Source of the DNA: Blastocystis sp. Blastoise
Lineage: Eukaryota > Protista > Bigyra: Opalinata
Direction of reading: 5' to 3'
Assembly (NCBI GenBank): GCA_039096225.1
Contig: JBBPEB010000007.1
Coordinates: 496,001 to 560,000 of the forward strand
DNA: 64,000 bases
Part shown: piece after piece, positions 1-14,490 of the stretch
How positions within the stretch are numbered: position 1 is the first letter of the stretch
Layout of the letters: each line of letters begins with the position of its first letter
Made by a program: the position numbers and the translations under genes
Notes under the pieces: generated by a model
Told to the model about the DNA's origin: nothing
Seen by the model: the letters and a program-made list of their open reading frames with translations, nothing else
Database searches by the model: none

Positions 1-80
1 GTTATTTATTATATAATTATAAAAATATATATCCAACATTTATTTGGTCTGCTAATCCTCATTTATTAAGAGATATTTTT

Positions 81-2072
81 ATGAATATTAATATATCTTC
101 AAATACTATTCGTCCTACTATTGAATGTAAATCATTCTCTATATTTAATCAACTTTCCAATACTATAGAATTATCAGAACAATCTTATGAACCTCATAAT
201 GAAAATATTATTAAACAAATTAATAATCATGAAGGTATATATGAACAATTAGCTGGTGTTTTTAATATACAATCGATAGAAGAAGGTAATAATAATGATA
301 ATAAGAATCAATTTGAAGGACAAGAAATGAATACTGATTTTGATTTATGTAGAGATGGATCGTTTAAAGGATTTAAAGTATTATTTGTTATATTATATTT
401 ATGTAGAAATGAAAGAGATGATCAAGGTCATATTATTGATCCTAAAATTACAAGAGATATATTAATAGAAGGAGATGTAGAGAAAGATTATCGTATGTCA
501 CCCTGTATTAAATTAGAACAAAAAGGATTTAAAGTTGATATTGTATATGATTATGAAACTGCTTCTCGTTATTTAGAAACAGGTAAATATCGTGTTTGTT
601 GTATTACATGTAGTCCTGGAGATAAAGTATTACCTGAAAATGATAATAAGATTTATAGTCATATATCCAATAGTTATGGTAGATATGAACAAAATGCAAA
701 TGGAAAACGTATCAATAATGATTATAAGTTTTTATCATTATTTTTAAATACATTACATCATTTTAATAATTGTGGAGGAGGTATAATGTGGATGTTAGAG
801 AATTATCCATATACATTTGAAGCAGATATGTATTTTAAATCTTTTGAAGATATTCCACAATTAGTAGATCCAAGAAAAGCTATTCCTGGTGGTAATAATA
901 TAGTTAGAGATAAAAGTGGTATTAAGAATAATGCTACTGAACCAGGTACATATATACAAGTAGGTGGTGATGTAATAAGAAATAGTACTCAAGCAGTTAT
1001 TCAATTAGATGTCGGATTAACTACTATTTATGAAGGTAAAACATTAGCTGCTATGAGTGAAAGTGCATTAATTAATAGAGGATTCTTTGTTTTTGCACGT
1101 GATCATGAAGGAAATCCTTCTATAATGATTCGTGAAGATTCAAATCGTCATAGTAATAATAATGATGGTACTCATAAAGGTAGAGTTATTATTGATAGCG
1201 CTGCTTCTAAATTATTCTTAGAATTCGATACTATAGGTACATGTCGTTGGATATCCAATAGTTTTGCTTGGTTAGAAAATGTTGAAGAATATATACTTGC
1301 AGGTGCATCTGTTTTACCTAAAACACTCGATATGAATAGAAATATTCGAGAAGTAACTACAGATATTCCTTATGAAGAACGAAGATCTTCAAAATCAGCT
1401 AATTTTGTATTAAGTATAATTGTTGATTGTACAGGATCTATGCAAGGAGAAATTGATGGTGTTAAATATAATATTGTTCGTGCTATAGAACAAGTTGAAG
1501 ACTATAAAAAGAAACATGCTTTATCTTCATGTGAAATATTAATGCAATTTATGGGTTATCGTGAAATAGAAGCACTACATCATAATCATCCAGATCGTTT
1601 CTTCTCTGAAATTAAAAATAATAGTTTTGACATTCAGAATTATTTATATAGTGTTCAAGCTGGTGGTGGTTCATGTTGTTGTGATTTAGAAGGTGGATTA
1701 GAAGATGCTGTTGATAAAGTTATTAATAAATATCCTTCTCCTGAATATGTCCATGCTTTTATTATTATTGGTGATCAACCCTATCATGGAGAACAATATG
1801 GATGTAGATATTCTAATCATCATCCAGTGACTGGTCAGTCTTATGATCATGTATGGAGAAATGTGAGTAATAAATTAAAACAACTTGATGCTTATGTATA
1901 TTTTATTCCTGCAAGAAATGAAGAAATGTTACCATCATATGAAATATTGCGAAAAGCTTATGATCCTACACATGTGTTCAAAACAAAAATGTCAAGAGAT
2001 TCTTCTTCATTTGTTAGAATATTCACCGATCTCGTTAAAGAGAGTTTTGCTACTGCTATGGGTATTTCATAA
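81..2072 (+). CDS. Intronless 663-aa protein with a C-terminal von Willebrand factor A domain (vwkA/alpha-kinase-associated type) and an uncharacterised N-terminal domain
   Basis: Single long ORF. vWA motifs: MIDAS VLSIIVDCTGSM, QFMGYRE, AGGG..CDLEGGLEDA and IIIGDQPYHG. Confidence 0.8.
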   Translation: MNINISSNTIRPTIECKSFSIFNQLSNTIELSEQSYEPHNENIIKQINNHEGIYEQLAGVFNIQSIEEGNNNDNKNQFEGQEMNTDFDLCRDGSFKGFKVLFVILYLCRNERDDQGHIIDPKITRDILIEGDVEKDYRMSPCIKLEQKGFKVDIVYDYETASRYLETGKYRVCCITCSPGDKVLPENDNKIYSHISNSYGRYEQNANGKRINNDYKFLSLFLNTLHHFNNCGGGIMWMLENYPYTFEADMYFKSFEDIPQLVDPRKAIPGGNNIVRDKSGIKNNATEPGTYIQVGGDVIRNSTQAVIQLDVGLTTIYEGKTLAAMSESALINRGFFVFARDHEGNPSIMIREDSNRHSNNNDGTHKGRVIIDSAASKLFLEFDTIGTCRWISNSFAWLENVEEYILAGASVLPKTLDMNRNIREVTTDIPYEERRSSKSANFVLSIIVDCTGSMQGEIDGVKYNIVRAIEQVEDYKKKHALSSCEILMQFMGYREIEALHHNHPDRFFSEIKNNSFDIQNYLYSVQAGGGSCCCDLEGGLEDAVDKVINKYPSPEYVHAFIIIGDQPYHGEQYGCRYSNHHPVTGQSYDHVWRNVSNKLKQLDAYVYFIPARNEEMLPSYEILRKAYDPTHVFKTKMSRDSSSFVRIFTDLVKESFATAMGIS

Positions 2073-2734
2073 TTTATTTATTCATTTATTTATTCATTTA
2101 TTTTATTTATTTATCTATTTTATCCATTTTATTTATTTATTTATTTTTATTTTAATTACTAATTTTATTCAAATCACTTGTTTTGTTCTCTTTTTGCACT
2201 CAAAAGATTTACCACTATTCTTAGCAAGCATTTAAAACATGTTTTTCAATAATTATTATAACAAAAAGTGAAAAATGACAAAATAATGAAAATTATGATG
2301 TTTTTATTCTAACAAATTTGAATGAATTTATTTCATTTAAACATTTTCATAACTAATAACATAAAAAAAAGAACAATAAACAGTTGAATCTGATTCAAAA
2401 CAATACTAAAAAAAGTATTTTCATTAAAATTTGACATTCTACTATATCTTATAACTTTCATATCACTATCTTATGCATTAAAAACAGCAAAATACAATAT
2501 ACATATCTAAAAACAAAGAAAAAACAAAAATTCATTAAGAATACCAAAAAATGGGTGATAAAAACGGGATTCCCATAAGAAACTATGCAGATATTTCAAC
2601 AAAGCTCATCTGGTTCTGAATGTTATTGAAAAAGATTTCACGGGAAAACACAAAAAAGAAACAGTTTAGAAGATTGAACCTTAAGTGGATTCATATATAT
2701 ATATTGATTGAGATATATATTGGGAAGATTAAGA

Positions 2735-5700
2735 ATGGATCAGATGTTTCAAGCAATCTATAATTTTCAGAATAGTTCTAATGAAGTTTTACCTCTATTG
2801 GAAAAAAGTATTTTTTAATCTCAATTATTTATTATATACTATTAAAATGAAGATTCTGAAGAAGATAAACAAGAAAATATGTCAAAATATGAGCAATCTG
2901 CCGTTCATGTTTTAGAATCTAAAGTTTATACATTAGAGGTATAGTTTTTTATGATTTCGTCTGGTATCTAAACTTTTGTAGATGCAAAATATTGGTTTGA
3001 AGAAGGAGAATAGTGAATATAAGAAACAAATTAGTGAATTGACTGCTGATAATCAGAAGATTTCAAAGACTATTCATGATATTTTGATAGATGTATGATA
3101 TTTGATTATTTTAAATTGATAAATATTATGTATAGGATTCTAAAGAGAGTCAAATAGAATTAGAATTATTGCGTAATAGATCTTTTGATACTATAGATAA
3201 AGATAATGAAATAAAAGAGAAGTTGAATAATTATGAATGTGTTTCTAGTTATTTATCGATGTTTATTGATAAATATAAGGTTCTTTATACTGATAAGAAG
3301 AATTTGGAAAGAATTATGAATAAAACCCTTGAAGAAAATAAGGTATATATATATAATGAATAGAAAAAAGATTATGAATAATGATAGTTATATTTTTGAA
3401 TATGTGTATAGAAAGTGAATGATCAATATAATGAGATAAAGAGTAAATATGATGAAATAATAGGAAAACAAAAAGATGAAGAGAATCAAGCTACTTTATT
3501 AAATAAAGAATATTCGATACAAATAGAATCACTTAAAGTATAATATTATTATATTTATTATATTTATAGTATTTATTATATTTATTATATTTATATAGAA
3601 AGAATTAGACTTATCTGTAGAGAAAGAAAAACAGTATACAAATTCAGTCGATTTGATTGGTCAAACATTATCACAAATTGAAATTGATTTGAAAGTCAAA
3701 GAACAAGAATGTTTAGTATATATATATTAATTTTTTATTTTATATATAACTTCTATATATATATATATAAAGGATATAAATAAACAATTCAATGAATTGA
3801 AAATTGATCACGATCGTATGTTTATATATATATATAATTTATTTATTTATGTGTATATATATAGATTTGAAAAATGATTATCAGGCTCTTCTTGATAAAG
3901 AAGTATATATATATATATTATATATATATTATATATATTATCATATTCTATTAGAATTCGAAGCCTGTTTTTGTTCCTACACATCCATTAGATATTGAAG
4001 AACCAAAAGAAGAAAAGAAAATAGATAATAATGGTATATTGAATATAATTTACATAGTTATTTATATATTATAGATACTGTAGAAAAGAAAGAATATGAT
4101 TTATTGCAGCAACGTTATATTGAATTAGAAAAGAATTACTCAAATTTAAAGTATGTATATATGTATTATATATATTCATTATATATATTCATATAATTTA
4201 TTAAATATATGAGATAACAATAATAATATATATATATATAATAGATTAACTTATGAATCGGAGCATGGGTCAGCTATGAAACTGTCTTCTTTATATATAC
4301 CTATTCAAGAAGGTATTACTTTATATAAACGAAATATTTTAGAATTAAAGAATTCGATCGAACAACATCGAAATGAAACAGATAAATATATTCAAGAATA
4401 TAAATCTTTAGTTAATAATGATATACAAGTAATTTCTGATGATAATACTAAATGTTTAAATGTATTAAGAACGGAAATTGAAGGATATAAACAGGATATC
4501 AATAATAATAAGAAAACAATTGAACAATTATATGTATTTATTATTATTAATTATAAATTATAGATTTTTTTTAAATATTATACTATTAATATTTTTTTAT
4601 ATATAATGTATATATAGACCGAGAAAGAAGTATTATCATTAGAATTATCTCATGAAAAAGAATTACATCAAAATATACTTAAAGATAAAGATAATCGTGA
4701 TTTACAACATGAATATAATCTACTTTTAGAAAAATATCACATGCTTCTTTTTGTTATTGAGAAACGTATGATTAATAATTCTTCTATTTCTAATAATAAT
4801 GATAATAATAATAAAGATGGTATATTAATAAGTTATGAAGAGAATCAGCAATATATTGAATGTAAGCATGAGAATATTCAGTTAAAAGAAGAGAAATCTC
4901 AGTTGTTGCTGAATATTTCTGAATTAAAGAATACTATATTATCCTTAGAGATGACAATTAATAAGAATAAAACACTGAGTTCTAATGATTCTTTATATAT
5001 GACAAAATATATAGAAAAAGAAAAAGAATTAGAAGAATATAAGAAATTATATATAGAGAAAGAAAGCCAGTATGGTTTATTATCGATTTCAAATGAAGGA
5101 TTAAAACAGAAATTTGAGAAAGAAAAACAAATATATATTGATGAATGTAATAAATTAAGAGAAGAAAATGATATAAATTTAGTAGAGAAAAAGAATAAAG
5201 AGAATGAATTAGAAATGAATAAAGAAGAACATGAAGTAAGTTTATTATTATATTTTATGTGTTTAATATGTATAGTAATTATTATTATAATAATATTTGT
5301 CTATTTTATATATATATATTTTTATAGTTATTAGTATAGCTATTATACCTTACTCTTTTTAATTATATTGTATTTAATTTATATATATAGAAATTAGTTC
5401 AGTCTATAAAAGAGAAAGAAGATACAATAAAAACATTGAATGATACTATATCCTCGTTAATAACAGAAAAAGTGGATTTAATAGACAAACATATGAAAGA
5501 AATTAAAGAGAAAGAGAATTATATTATAGAACTAAATGACCAATCAGAACAAAAAGAAAAGAAAATTTCTTCAATGAATCAATATATTACATCCATTAAT
5601 AGTGAATTAGATGTATATATTATATATATTATATAGGATTATTTTGATTTAATATAATAATAATATATATATATATAATTATAGTCATATAAACTTCATT

Positions 5701-6771
5701 CTTCGACATTATCAAAACAGATTGAATTAGAAGATACAAAACAAAAAGAAAGAGAATCTTTATTACATTCTACTAATAGTTATATAGAAGAATTAAAAGA
5801 AAATCTTGAACATAGTTGGAATGAAAAGAAGATTATTCGTGGTTATTTGAAAGAATTAAATAATGAAAAACAAGAATTACAAGAGAAATATCAAACACTT
5901 GAAAAACGAAATGTATATATTTTTGTTATTTATTATGTTATTAACTTTATTAAATTATTTATTATAACCATTAATTGTTTCTTCTTTTCTTTATAATAAA
6001 TACAATAATAATCATTATTTATATATAGACTGAATTAGAATGTGAGCATGATACTTTAATTAAGAAAATAAATGATTTACAATTATATATGGATAATTTA
6101 TATGAAAACCAAGATTTTGGACAAAAAGTATTATATATATATATATTAAAGTTGTTTTCATTAGAATTTGAAAAATAATTTTTTATTATTATTAAAAATA
6201 AATGAATATTTTTTCTTATATATTTATATTAAATAAAGTTTTCTTCATCTAAATGAAAAATATTATTTTTTAAATTTATTAATGTTTAATATATTATATA
6301 TATAAATAGATTCAACGTTATTTTGTTCAACATAAGCCCTCCTGGCAATTAAATACTGAGAAAGTGGATGTTCCTGATGTATCTACAGTACAATTAATAT
6401 TAGATACGTTTATTGATGAACTAGAAATCACTCAGCAAGAAAAACTATTATTCAAGTATTTATTATTATAATTTATATCCTTTTATATTATATATATATT
6501 ATATAAATAGACAATGGATCACTCATTATTTGACACCTGCTCTTCCTACGGATTCCATTACGAATACTATTGTTATCAATAGTCTTAAATATGATGTATA
6601 TATATATATATTCATTAATAATTTTTTTTTATATAGTTTATGTATACATTATGTTATATGATTGTTCCTTATTTACGTGAACATGTATATACTGGATATA
6701 CAATCGATATATATACCAAACAATATATCAATGTTCAAGGAGATATCAAATTAGTCTTCCGAAAAGAGTAA
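2735..6771 (+). CDS. Multi-exon long coiled-coil protein of unknown function
   Basis: ATG at 2735. GT-AG introns join E/K/L-rich heptad exons in frame (ORF pieces 3169, 4276, 4741, 5436). A globular C-terminus ends ...IKLVFRKE-TAA at 6769-6771. Confidence 0.75.
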
Positions 6772-6859
6772 TTTAGCTGTATTTTATATATATATTATAT
6801 TTATCTATTTTCAAAATAATTTTTTATAAATTTCCAATAACCTTTTATTCATGTGAACT

Positions 6860-6867
6860 TGTTTGTT
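6860..6867 (+). terminator. TGTTTGTT putative polyadenylation/3'-end motif
   Basis: Exact TGTTTGTT about 90 nt after the stop at 6771; this is the motif known to mark poly(A) sites in Blastocystis. Confidence 0.5.
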
Positions 6868-7191
6868 ACTGATCTTTAGCTTTTTTGAGAGAGAGGTAAT
6901 AATCGAATCAAAATATTTTATTCATTTATTATTTCTCTTATGATATATATTCTTGTTATTCAAATATAATTATTGAATACACTTAAAAACAGCATTTTTA
7001 ATAAAGTAAAACAAAAAAAGTGGGAAATGAAGTGGGAAAAAATTGGAGGGCAAATTAAATTGTTTCTTTATTCATGGGACATCCCGAGTTATCTATGGGA
7101 TTATCAAATAGGTTCTTTTAAAATTTTGTTTTTAAGAAAAAACATTTTTTACGAATTACATAGTGGATTTCCAATATATCGTTATTTTCTC

Positions 7192-8387
7192 ATGGATATA
7201 GAAGTCGCGAAGAAGTCTATTAAGAAATATTTAGAAGAAGAAGCTCCGTCATTAACTCTTAGTGATAGTTCATTGACTGAAGGTAAGTTTTTTACATTAT
7301 TATTATATTCAGTCATTTCTATATTATCTAGGTGCTGAGTTTTTAATGTATAACAATTTGAGTATTGAAGATTTCGATGGATATTGGATGTCCTATATAT
7401 TTTTAAATAAACCTCAAGCTTACGATGACACACTATTCCGCGCCTTTATTAAAAATGCGCAAGTAAGTTGCATTTATTTATAAATATTTATTGGTTTTCG
7501 TCATTATAGACAGAATATAAGAAATCAAATGCCTTTAAATTATCCAAACAATCTAAAAATACTATCACTGCAAAGAAATTGTCTTCATTAAGTTCTCCTA
7601 TTAAAAGAGAATATAAATCTCCAGAGCCCAAAAAGAAGACTATGAATGGATTTGATACGAATAAATTATATACACCTTCAAAAACACCTAGAAAACTACA
7701 TGAATTATCTCCAACGTATATTTTATATAGTATTTAGTAGTTTATTTAATTCATTATTCTATATTAATAATTATTTGTTATATATTATTATTTTCTTTTG
7801 TTATATATATATATATTATATATATATAGAACATTTCCTTCTCCTATAATATCACCTCAAAAATCGAGTTATAATCAAAGAACTGATAAGAATACTTTAC
7901 AGAAAGAATATATTGGTAACAGTATTAAACAGAAACAATTTTCTCAATTTAAAGATACTATTCCCGTGGTTATTTCTGATCAATTAGGAGTTCAAAAGAG
8001 TTATAGGTAGGTTTTATATATATATATATTATTTATAGTATTATAATTATTAACATATTATTATATATATATAGATATATGTTTAATTCATTAATGGATT
8101 CGAGTTCTATTTTAGAGAAGCATATAAATAAAATGAAACAATTATATAGAGAGAATATGAATATTACTTTCTCTCATGTATATATGTATAAATGAATTTA
8201 TTTATTTATATATAGTTAAATGAGATATATACAGAGAAAGTATATATATGCGGACGTATATATATAGACACAGATAGTGATAAACAAAAACAATTATTAT
8301 TAGAAGTATATTTAAAGTTATTATTTTTTTTTTCTCTATTTTATAATATATTTATTTAATATTTTTTAAATATATGTTGATTTATTT

Positions 8388-8454
<67 letters not shown>

Positions 8455-10321
8455 TATAGAGGATAGTGATGGTAAACGTATTCACATTGATGTTAGTCAT
8501 ATATCTACATATCTTATTTATTCTGGACAAGTATATATATATATATATATATATATTATTATTTATATATGTATATAGGTAGTTGTTATTGAAGGTACAA
8601 ACCCAACGGGTAATATATTTGTAGCTACTTCTATTTATGATGTATATATATATAATAATATATATATAATAATATATATATATATATAATATATATAGGG
8701 TATTACATCTCCTTGTCCTTCTTCTTCTCCTTCTCACGATCTCTCTATTATTACTGCTATTGGGCCATTCACAACAAATGATGTATATATATACATATAA
8801 TATTCACTATTTTTATTTATTTTTAGTATTCAATTATAATATATTTATCTATATTTATATATATACTCTTAATTTTCTCTAAATTTTTATATATCTTTTA
8901 TTTTCTTACTATCTATCTATATCTTTTTATCTATTTTTATTATATATATATATATAATAGAATATTGATTTTGACCCTCTTAATGATCTTTTTGAATTGT
9001 GTCTCGCAGAAACACCAAACCTTCTTATTCTTGTATATATATATATATAATAATAATCATAATAATTATAATAATTATAATAGAAATAAAAATAATTATA
9101 ATCATAACAATAATAATAATAATAATTCCCGTGATTATCTATAGTGTGGACCATTTATTTCCCGTGATAATCAAGTTATTAAATTAGGAAATATTGAATA
9201 TCAAGGACAAGATTTAAATTATGTCGAATTATTTGTTTGTAAAAGTATGTTTATTCTATAGTATTTGAAATATATATATATATTTAGTAATTTCAGAAAT
9301 TCGTCAATTATTAGCAAGTCATGATCTTCAATTTTTCCCTCATATTGTACTTATTCCCGCGGGAAATGATGCAGTTGGACCTCAAGTATATCCTCAACCT
9401 CCTATATATATCAATTACCGTGATTATATTGATTCAACCGATTTCAAATCGACTTGTCTTGTATATATATATATATATATATATTATTTAATTTATATAA
9501 TGAGGATCAAATTATTATTATTATATTTATATATATATAGTCTCATATGTCATTTTGCAGTAATCCTTGTTTATTATCCTTAGACTCTCTCTCTATATGT
9601 ATAAATAATACTGATATTCTATATGCTCTTATTAATGAAGGAATCGATAAGTATATATTATATATATTATATATATTATATATATTATATACATTATATA
9701 TTATATATATTATATATACATTATATTATAGACTTCCTCCTCAACACAATCGTATGGCTATTTATTGTGAATCTATTCTTAAACAAAGACAGTATATATA
9801 TCATTTATTTTAATTCTTATTTATATATATACTCTACATATAATAAAATACAGATTAACTCTTATATATATAGTGTATATCCTCTGCTTCCTCCTATTGA
9901 TGAATCTCTAGAAATCACTCAATATCCATCATTATATTTACCTGAAACACCTCATCTATTTATAGTACCTTCTAGATTAGCTACATTTATTAATGTATAT
10001 TCTATATATACAATATTATTTATTATATATATATTTCATTTTTTTTAAAATCATTCTTTTAAATATATCATTTACTACAAATATCTATATACTATTTGTA
10101 TATATCCTATATAATAGCCTATCGGTGATTGTCTTGCTATTAATCCTGGTACATTAACAAAATCAAAAGCAGGTGGTACTTTTGTTAAAATTAATGTGTA
10201 TAAACATGGTATATATATAATATATTTTTATTTTTTTTCTTTATTAACTAAAATACGTATTATTCTAGATGCATCAGAGAAATTCATAGATAATGTTAAA
10301 GTTGAAATTCGTAAAATCTAA
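7192..10321 (+). CDS. POLA2: DNA polymerase alpha subunit B (multi-exon)
   Basis: Spliced product contains [72 protein letters not shown] and [11 protein letters not shown], the OB-fold/phosphoesterase-like B-subunit motifs. Confidence 0.93.
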
Positions 10322-10778
10322 TATATTTTATATATCTTTAAACACATTAATCCACAATAAATTCTCTATTTTACTTCATTTTCTCATTTTTAATTTTCCA
10401 CATCTACTCTCCATATATACTGTCTCTATATCTTCTTTTTCATATTCTTTATTTCAACACTTTGTTGACATTATTTTGTATACTTATGTTTTTTTCTAAT
10501 TCTTGTTGATTCGTGAAACCCTCAACTCCTTTCTATATATTTACATCTTTCTAAATACGTTTTAATGGTCAATTAGTTTGACAATACTTTTTTTTTTAAA
10601 CCTACTTTGTCTTTTTATAAACATAAAAACATTTGTATGATAACCGTTATAATAAAGCGATTTTTTTTTGTATGAAAAATTATTAGATTCAGACTGTATA
10701 CAGAATTTTTAAAAAACACTATAAAACACAACAGTTCTCTCTGAGTTTTTTTTTCATTCTTTTTTAGAGTTATTCAAG

Positions 10779-10837
10779 GTATATAACATATCGTTTATTA
10801 TAATAAAACTAATTATTGAATACATCGTACCATATAG
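10779..10837 (+). other. Probable 5'-UTR intron of the TLDc gene
   Basis: AG|GTATAT...CATATAG ending 12 nt before the ATG at 10850. Confidence 0.5.
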
Positions 10838-10849
10838 ATTTGCTAAAAG

Positions 10850-12325
10850 ATGAGTGACCGTGTAGAAGCTTTAGAAGGATATGCAACATTCATTGGTATC
10901 GAACATACAATCCAAGTTTCGATACCTATTGAACGTCTCAAGCTATATCCTGAGTCTTACTTCTATGATTTATGGTTAAATGAGACACGTTGTGATAATG
11001 GACGTATTTATACGGATTATTCTGAAATTTATTTAGCTTATGCTATTCGTTCTATGATGGGTGAGCCTCTTTATTTAGAAGGAAAGTCATTAAAAGAATT
11101 AGAAACAATGATTAATCATTTTAAGTATTATGGATTAGATATTCCTATTGAATTAGAAAAGGCAGTTGAAAATGAGAGTCATTCTGGAATTGAAGATATA
11201 TCTACAAAGTTGAATGATGTTTTAGCACTTCTTTCGGAATTTAAATTAGAAAATGACCAATATAAACAAGAGATGACTGAAATAAAAGAAGAGATGTCTG
11301 TTATTAAACTTCAGAATGAATCATTAACGAATGAATTGCAAATTGCTCATGAGAAACTAGCGACAGTAGAGTCATTAGCAATTCAATTACAATTTAGTCT
11401 TCCTTTTGGAGATAGTAAAATATTAGATGTTCAAGCTCGAGAAGATCTATGTCAATTAATTGGACACGGTAGAAACTGGCATCTTCAATTTAGGTAAATA
11501 AATAGTTTTTAATATATTTTATTGTTACTTTTATTATTTAATGAAAATATGAAGTTGATTTTTATAAATATATTAATCATTATATTATATTATAGAGCTT
11601 CCGATCATGATTTCGATGCTGTAGCATTTCATCGTTATTGTGATGAATGTGGTGAAACGATAGTTGTTATAAAGACGAGTACTCGAGGAGAAGATTGTAT
11701 ATTTGGAGGATACACACATGTAGGGTGGGATGACTCATTAGCTGTAGGAGCAAGAAAACGAAGTATATATTGTATTATATATATTGTATTATATATTATA
11801 TATTATATTATATTATATTATATTATATTATATTATATTATATTATATTATTATATATAATAATAATATATATAATAAAAATTATTATTATATACTATTA
11901 TATTTCTTTTTAATATATATAAATAACATTTCAATACAACTTATTATTTAATATCTATTTCATAAGTTAGAATACTATGAATTACATATATATATATAGC
12001 TGATAAATATATTGATGATCCAGATGCGTTATTATTTACGTTACGAAACCCTCATAATATTCCTCCTACAGTTTATAAGCATCGCCATAACGGTATTCAA
12101 GCGTTATTATATCAATATGATCATGGCCCATGTTTCACATATAGTATTCCTATATTAAATCGTTGTAATCGAACAAATGAAAATCGAATTAATATAGATG
12201 GGGCGTCATTAGATCCTATGTACGAATGGGATTCTACGTATTTATGCTCTTTATATGTGGATACAGCTGGACCTAAAGAATGGAATTATTTTACTGTTAT
12301 TGAATATGAAGTATTTACAAAGTGA
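10850..12325 (+). CDS. BTB/POZ(KCTD)-like + coiled-coil + TLDc domain protein (3 exons)
   Basis: N-terminal LKLYPESYF...HFKYYGL is BTB-like. C-terminal FRASDHDFDAVAFHRYCD, IFGGYT, DAFLFTLRNP-like, GPCF and IEYEVF are TLDc motifs. Stop TGA at 12323-12325. Confidence 0.85.
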
Positions 12326-12926
12326 TTTATATCTTCTTCTTTTTGTTGTTGTTGATATTTTTATATTTTATTTCTATTTACGTATATTTTTAGAATATTC
12401 ATATTATACTTTTTGCAGTTTATATATATATATATATATCGTTTGTTTTTTATTGTTGCTATATATAAATATATGTTCTCTTTGGTAGACTATATTTTTG
12501 CTTTATAAATATTCATATAGATTAAGTTATTTGTTTTTTTACTTATATTCACCATATATTTATCGTTTCTATTCTCTTCATTTTAAATTATTCAATGATA
12601 TACGTGCCCATAGATATTTATCCTATTCTTTTTTTCATTTTTTTGTATTCTATTTTATTTTTGACATCTCTTTTCCTTTATCATTTTCTTTGTTACTGTT
12701 TCTTATACTCTTTTTTCATGTTAACTGTTAAAGTACTTTTTCAATAATAGTCTTTTGTTTATAAAACATTTTTGGTCTTATTATATAATATCGTCATCAA
12801 TATAGAATTCTATGAAGCAAAACATAAAGAGTATAGCAATTAATACTTGAAATAATTACTATTCTATATGAAAACTATCAAAAAGAAAACAATATACAAA
12901 GATACATATAAAATTATTTAAATATA

Positions 12927-14199
12927 TTACATGGATAACAATGGTTTTCCTAAAAGTACAATATCATTCTCTAGAATGACTGTATTTATTATAGTTATTT
13001 CAGGTAAATGATTTCGAGTTTTATATTGATTATTTGATTGTATTTGTGTTTGAATCGAATTATAACCACCTACCTATAGAAATAGTATACTTTATTAGTT
13101 ATCAAAATAAGAGTTAAATAAGTATAATAAGAATAAAAGAATAGAAAATAAGATTGCTTATAAAAATATATATATAATAAAAAATATATATAATAAAAAA
13201 AACAAATAATAAAAGAACAAAACTTATATACATAAAAAGGTGCAATTGTAATAATAACAGTAGATATGAAATGAAAATAATGTTGAATAAAATAAGTAAT
13301 TATCTGTGCTCCGCCTTCAATAAATATACTACTACAAATACTCTTTATTTGCTCTATATATAATATATTAATAACTGATCATTTATATATAAGTAATTAT
13401 TATATAATGTATAGAGAAATAATAATATTCAGAAATGTCAACAGTACTTATATCCTATAAATTTATTTTAATAATTCAATATACTAAATCCATATAGAAT
13501 ATCTAAAGAATTAGAATTTATATCTTTAGGACATTCTATAATCATAATATTCAGTAAGAGTAATTGAGACATTCTTTCTTGTTTTCCTTCAAAGTCTATA
13601 GATATATTATAGTATTATTTATAAACATATTATTTATATTAGTATAATCATAAATAGAATTGTAATTTATAAATATATAATTAATATATATATATATATC
13701 TTTACAATAACATATATATATATACCTTCTTGTTGACAAAATAAAATACATTGTTTATGAAGATTTGAATCTAATACTTTTGATGTTAAAGGTATGGATA
13801 AATGAGAATCAATAATTATAGGAATAGGATTGGAACCTAGTTTTATATATTATTATAATATATATATTACATATCTTAAAAGATATAAATACATATTTCA
13901 AAAAAACAAAGACAAACAAACAAAATATAATTACCTTCTACATATCGACAAGTTAATGAAGGATTATCACTTTTAATTGTGTTGATTCCAACAACTATGC
14001 CTTGATGAATTGTCCTTAGAAAATGCGTTAATTTCATAGAAAGAGAAGAACTAATTAGTAATTGGGAACTATTCCTAGAAGATATACTTCCATCAAGACT
14101 CTGAGCATAGGAAAGTGTCAATAAGGGAAGATCAGAAAATGGTTGAACATTGTGAATATACTCACTAATACTGTTCACCATATTTGTATACGAATCCAT
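12927..14199 (-). CDS. RibD C-terminal (RIB7/ArfC-type) pyrimidine reductase, riboflavin-biosynthesis family
   Basis: LTLSYAQSLDGSI, THFLRTIHQGIVVGINTIKSDNPSLTCR, PIIIDSHL, IFIEGGA, ITIAPFYVGG; 5 exons joined by GT-AG introns. Confidence 0.88.
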
Positions 14200-14490
14200 T
14201 GCAAATTTTTCTGTACAAGAAACAAATGTATATGAAAATTGATCTCTTTTTAGCTTCACGAACTTAGAATCACTTAATTATCTTCAGATATACTATAGTT
14301 ATAGTCTGAAAGAAGCTCTAATCTAATATAAACGAATTAATAATTTGTGTTTGTTATTTCATGGAAAAATATATTTTTAAAAGCAATTTATGTTCTTTAA
14401 TCGCAAATCTGACTCTTCCCCAGTTTCTCTGAAATAATGAACATTTCTTTCATTTTTCGCATTTATTTTTAATATTCTGTGTATCTAATC

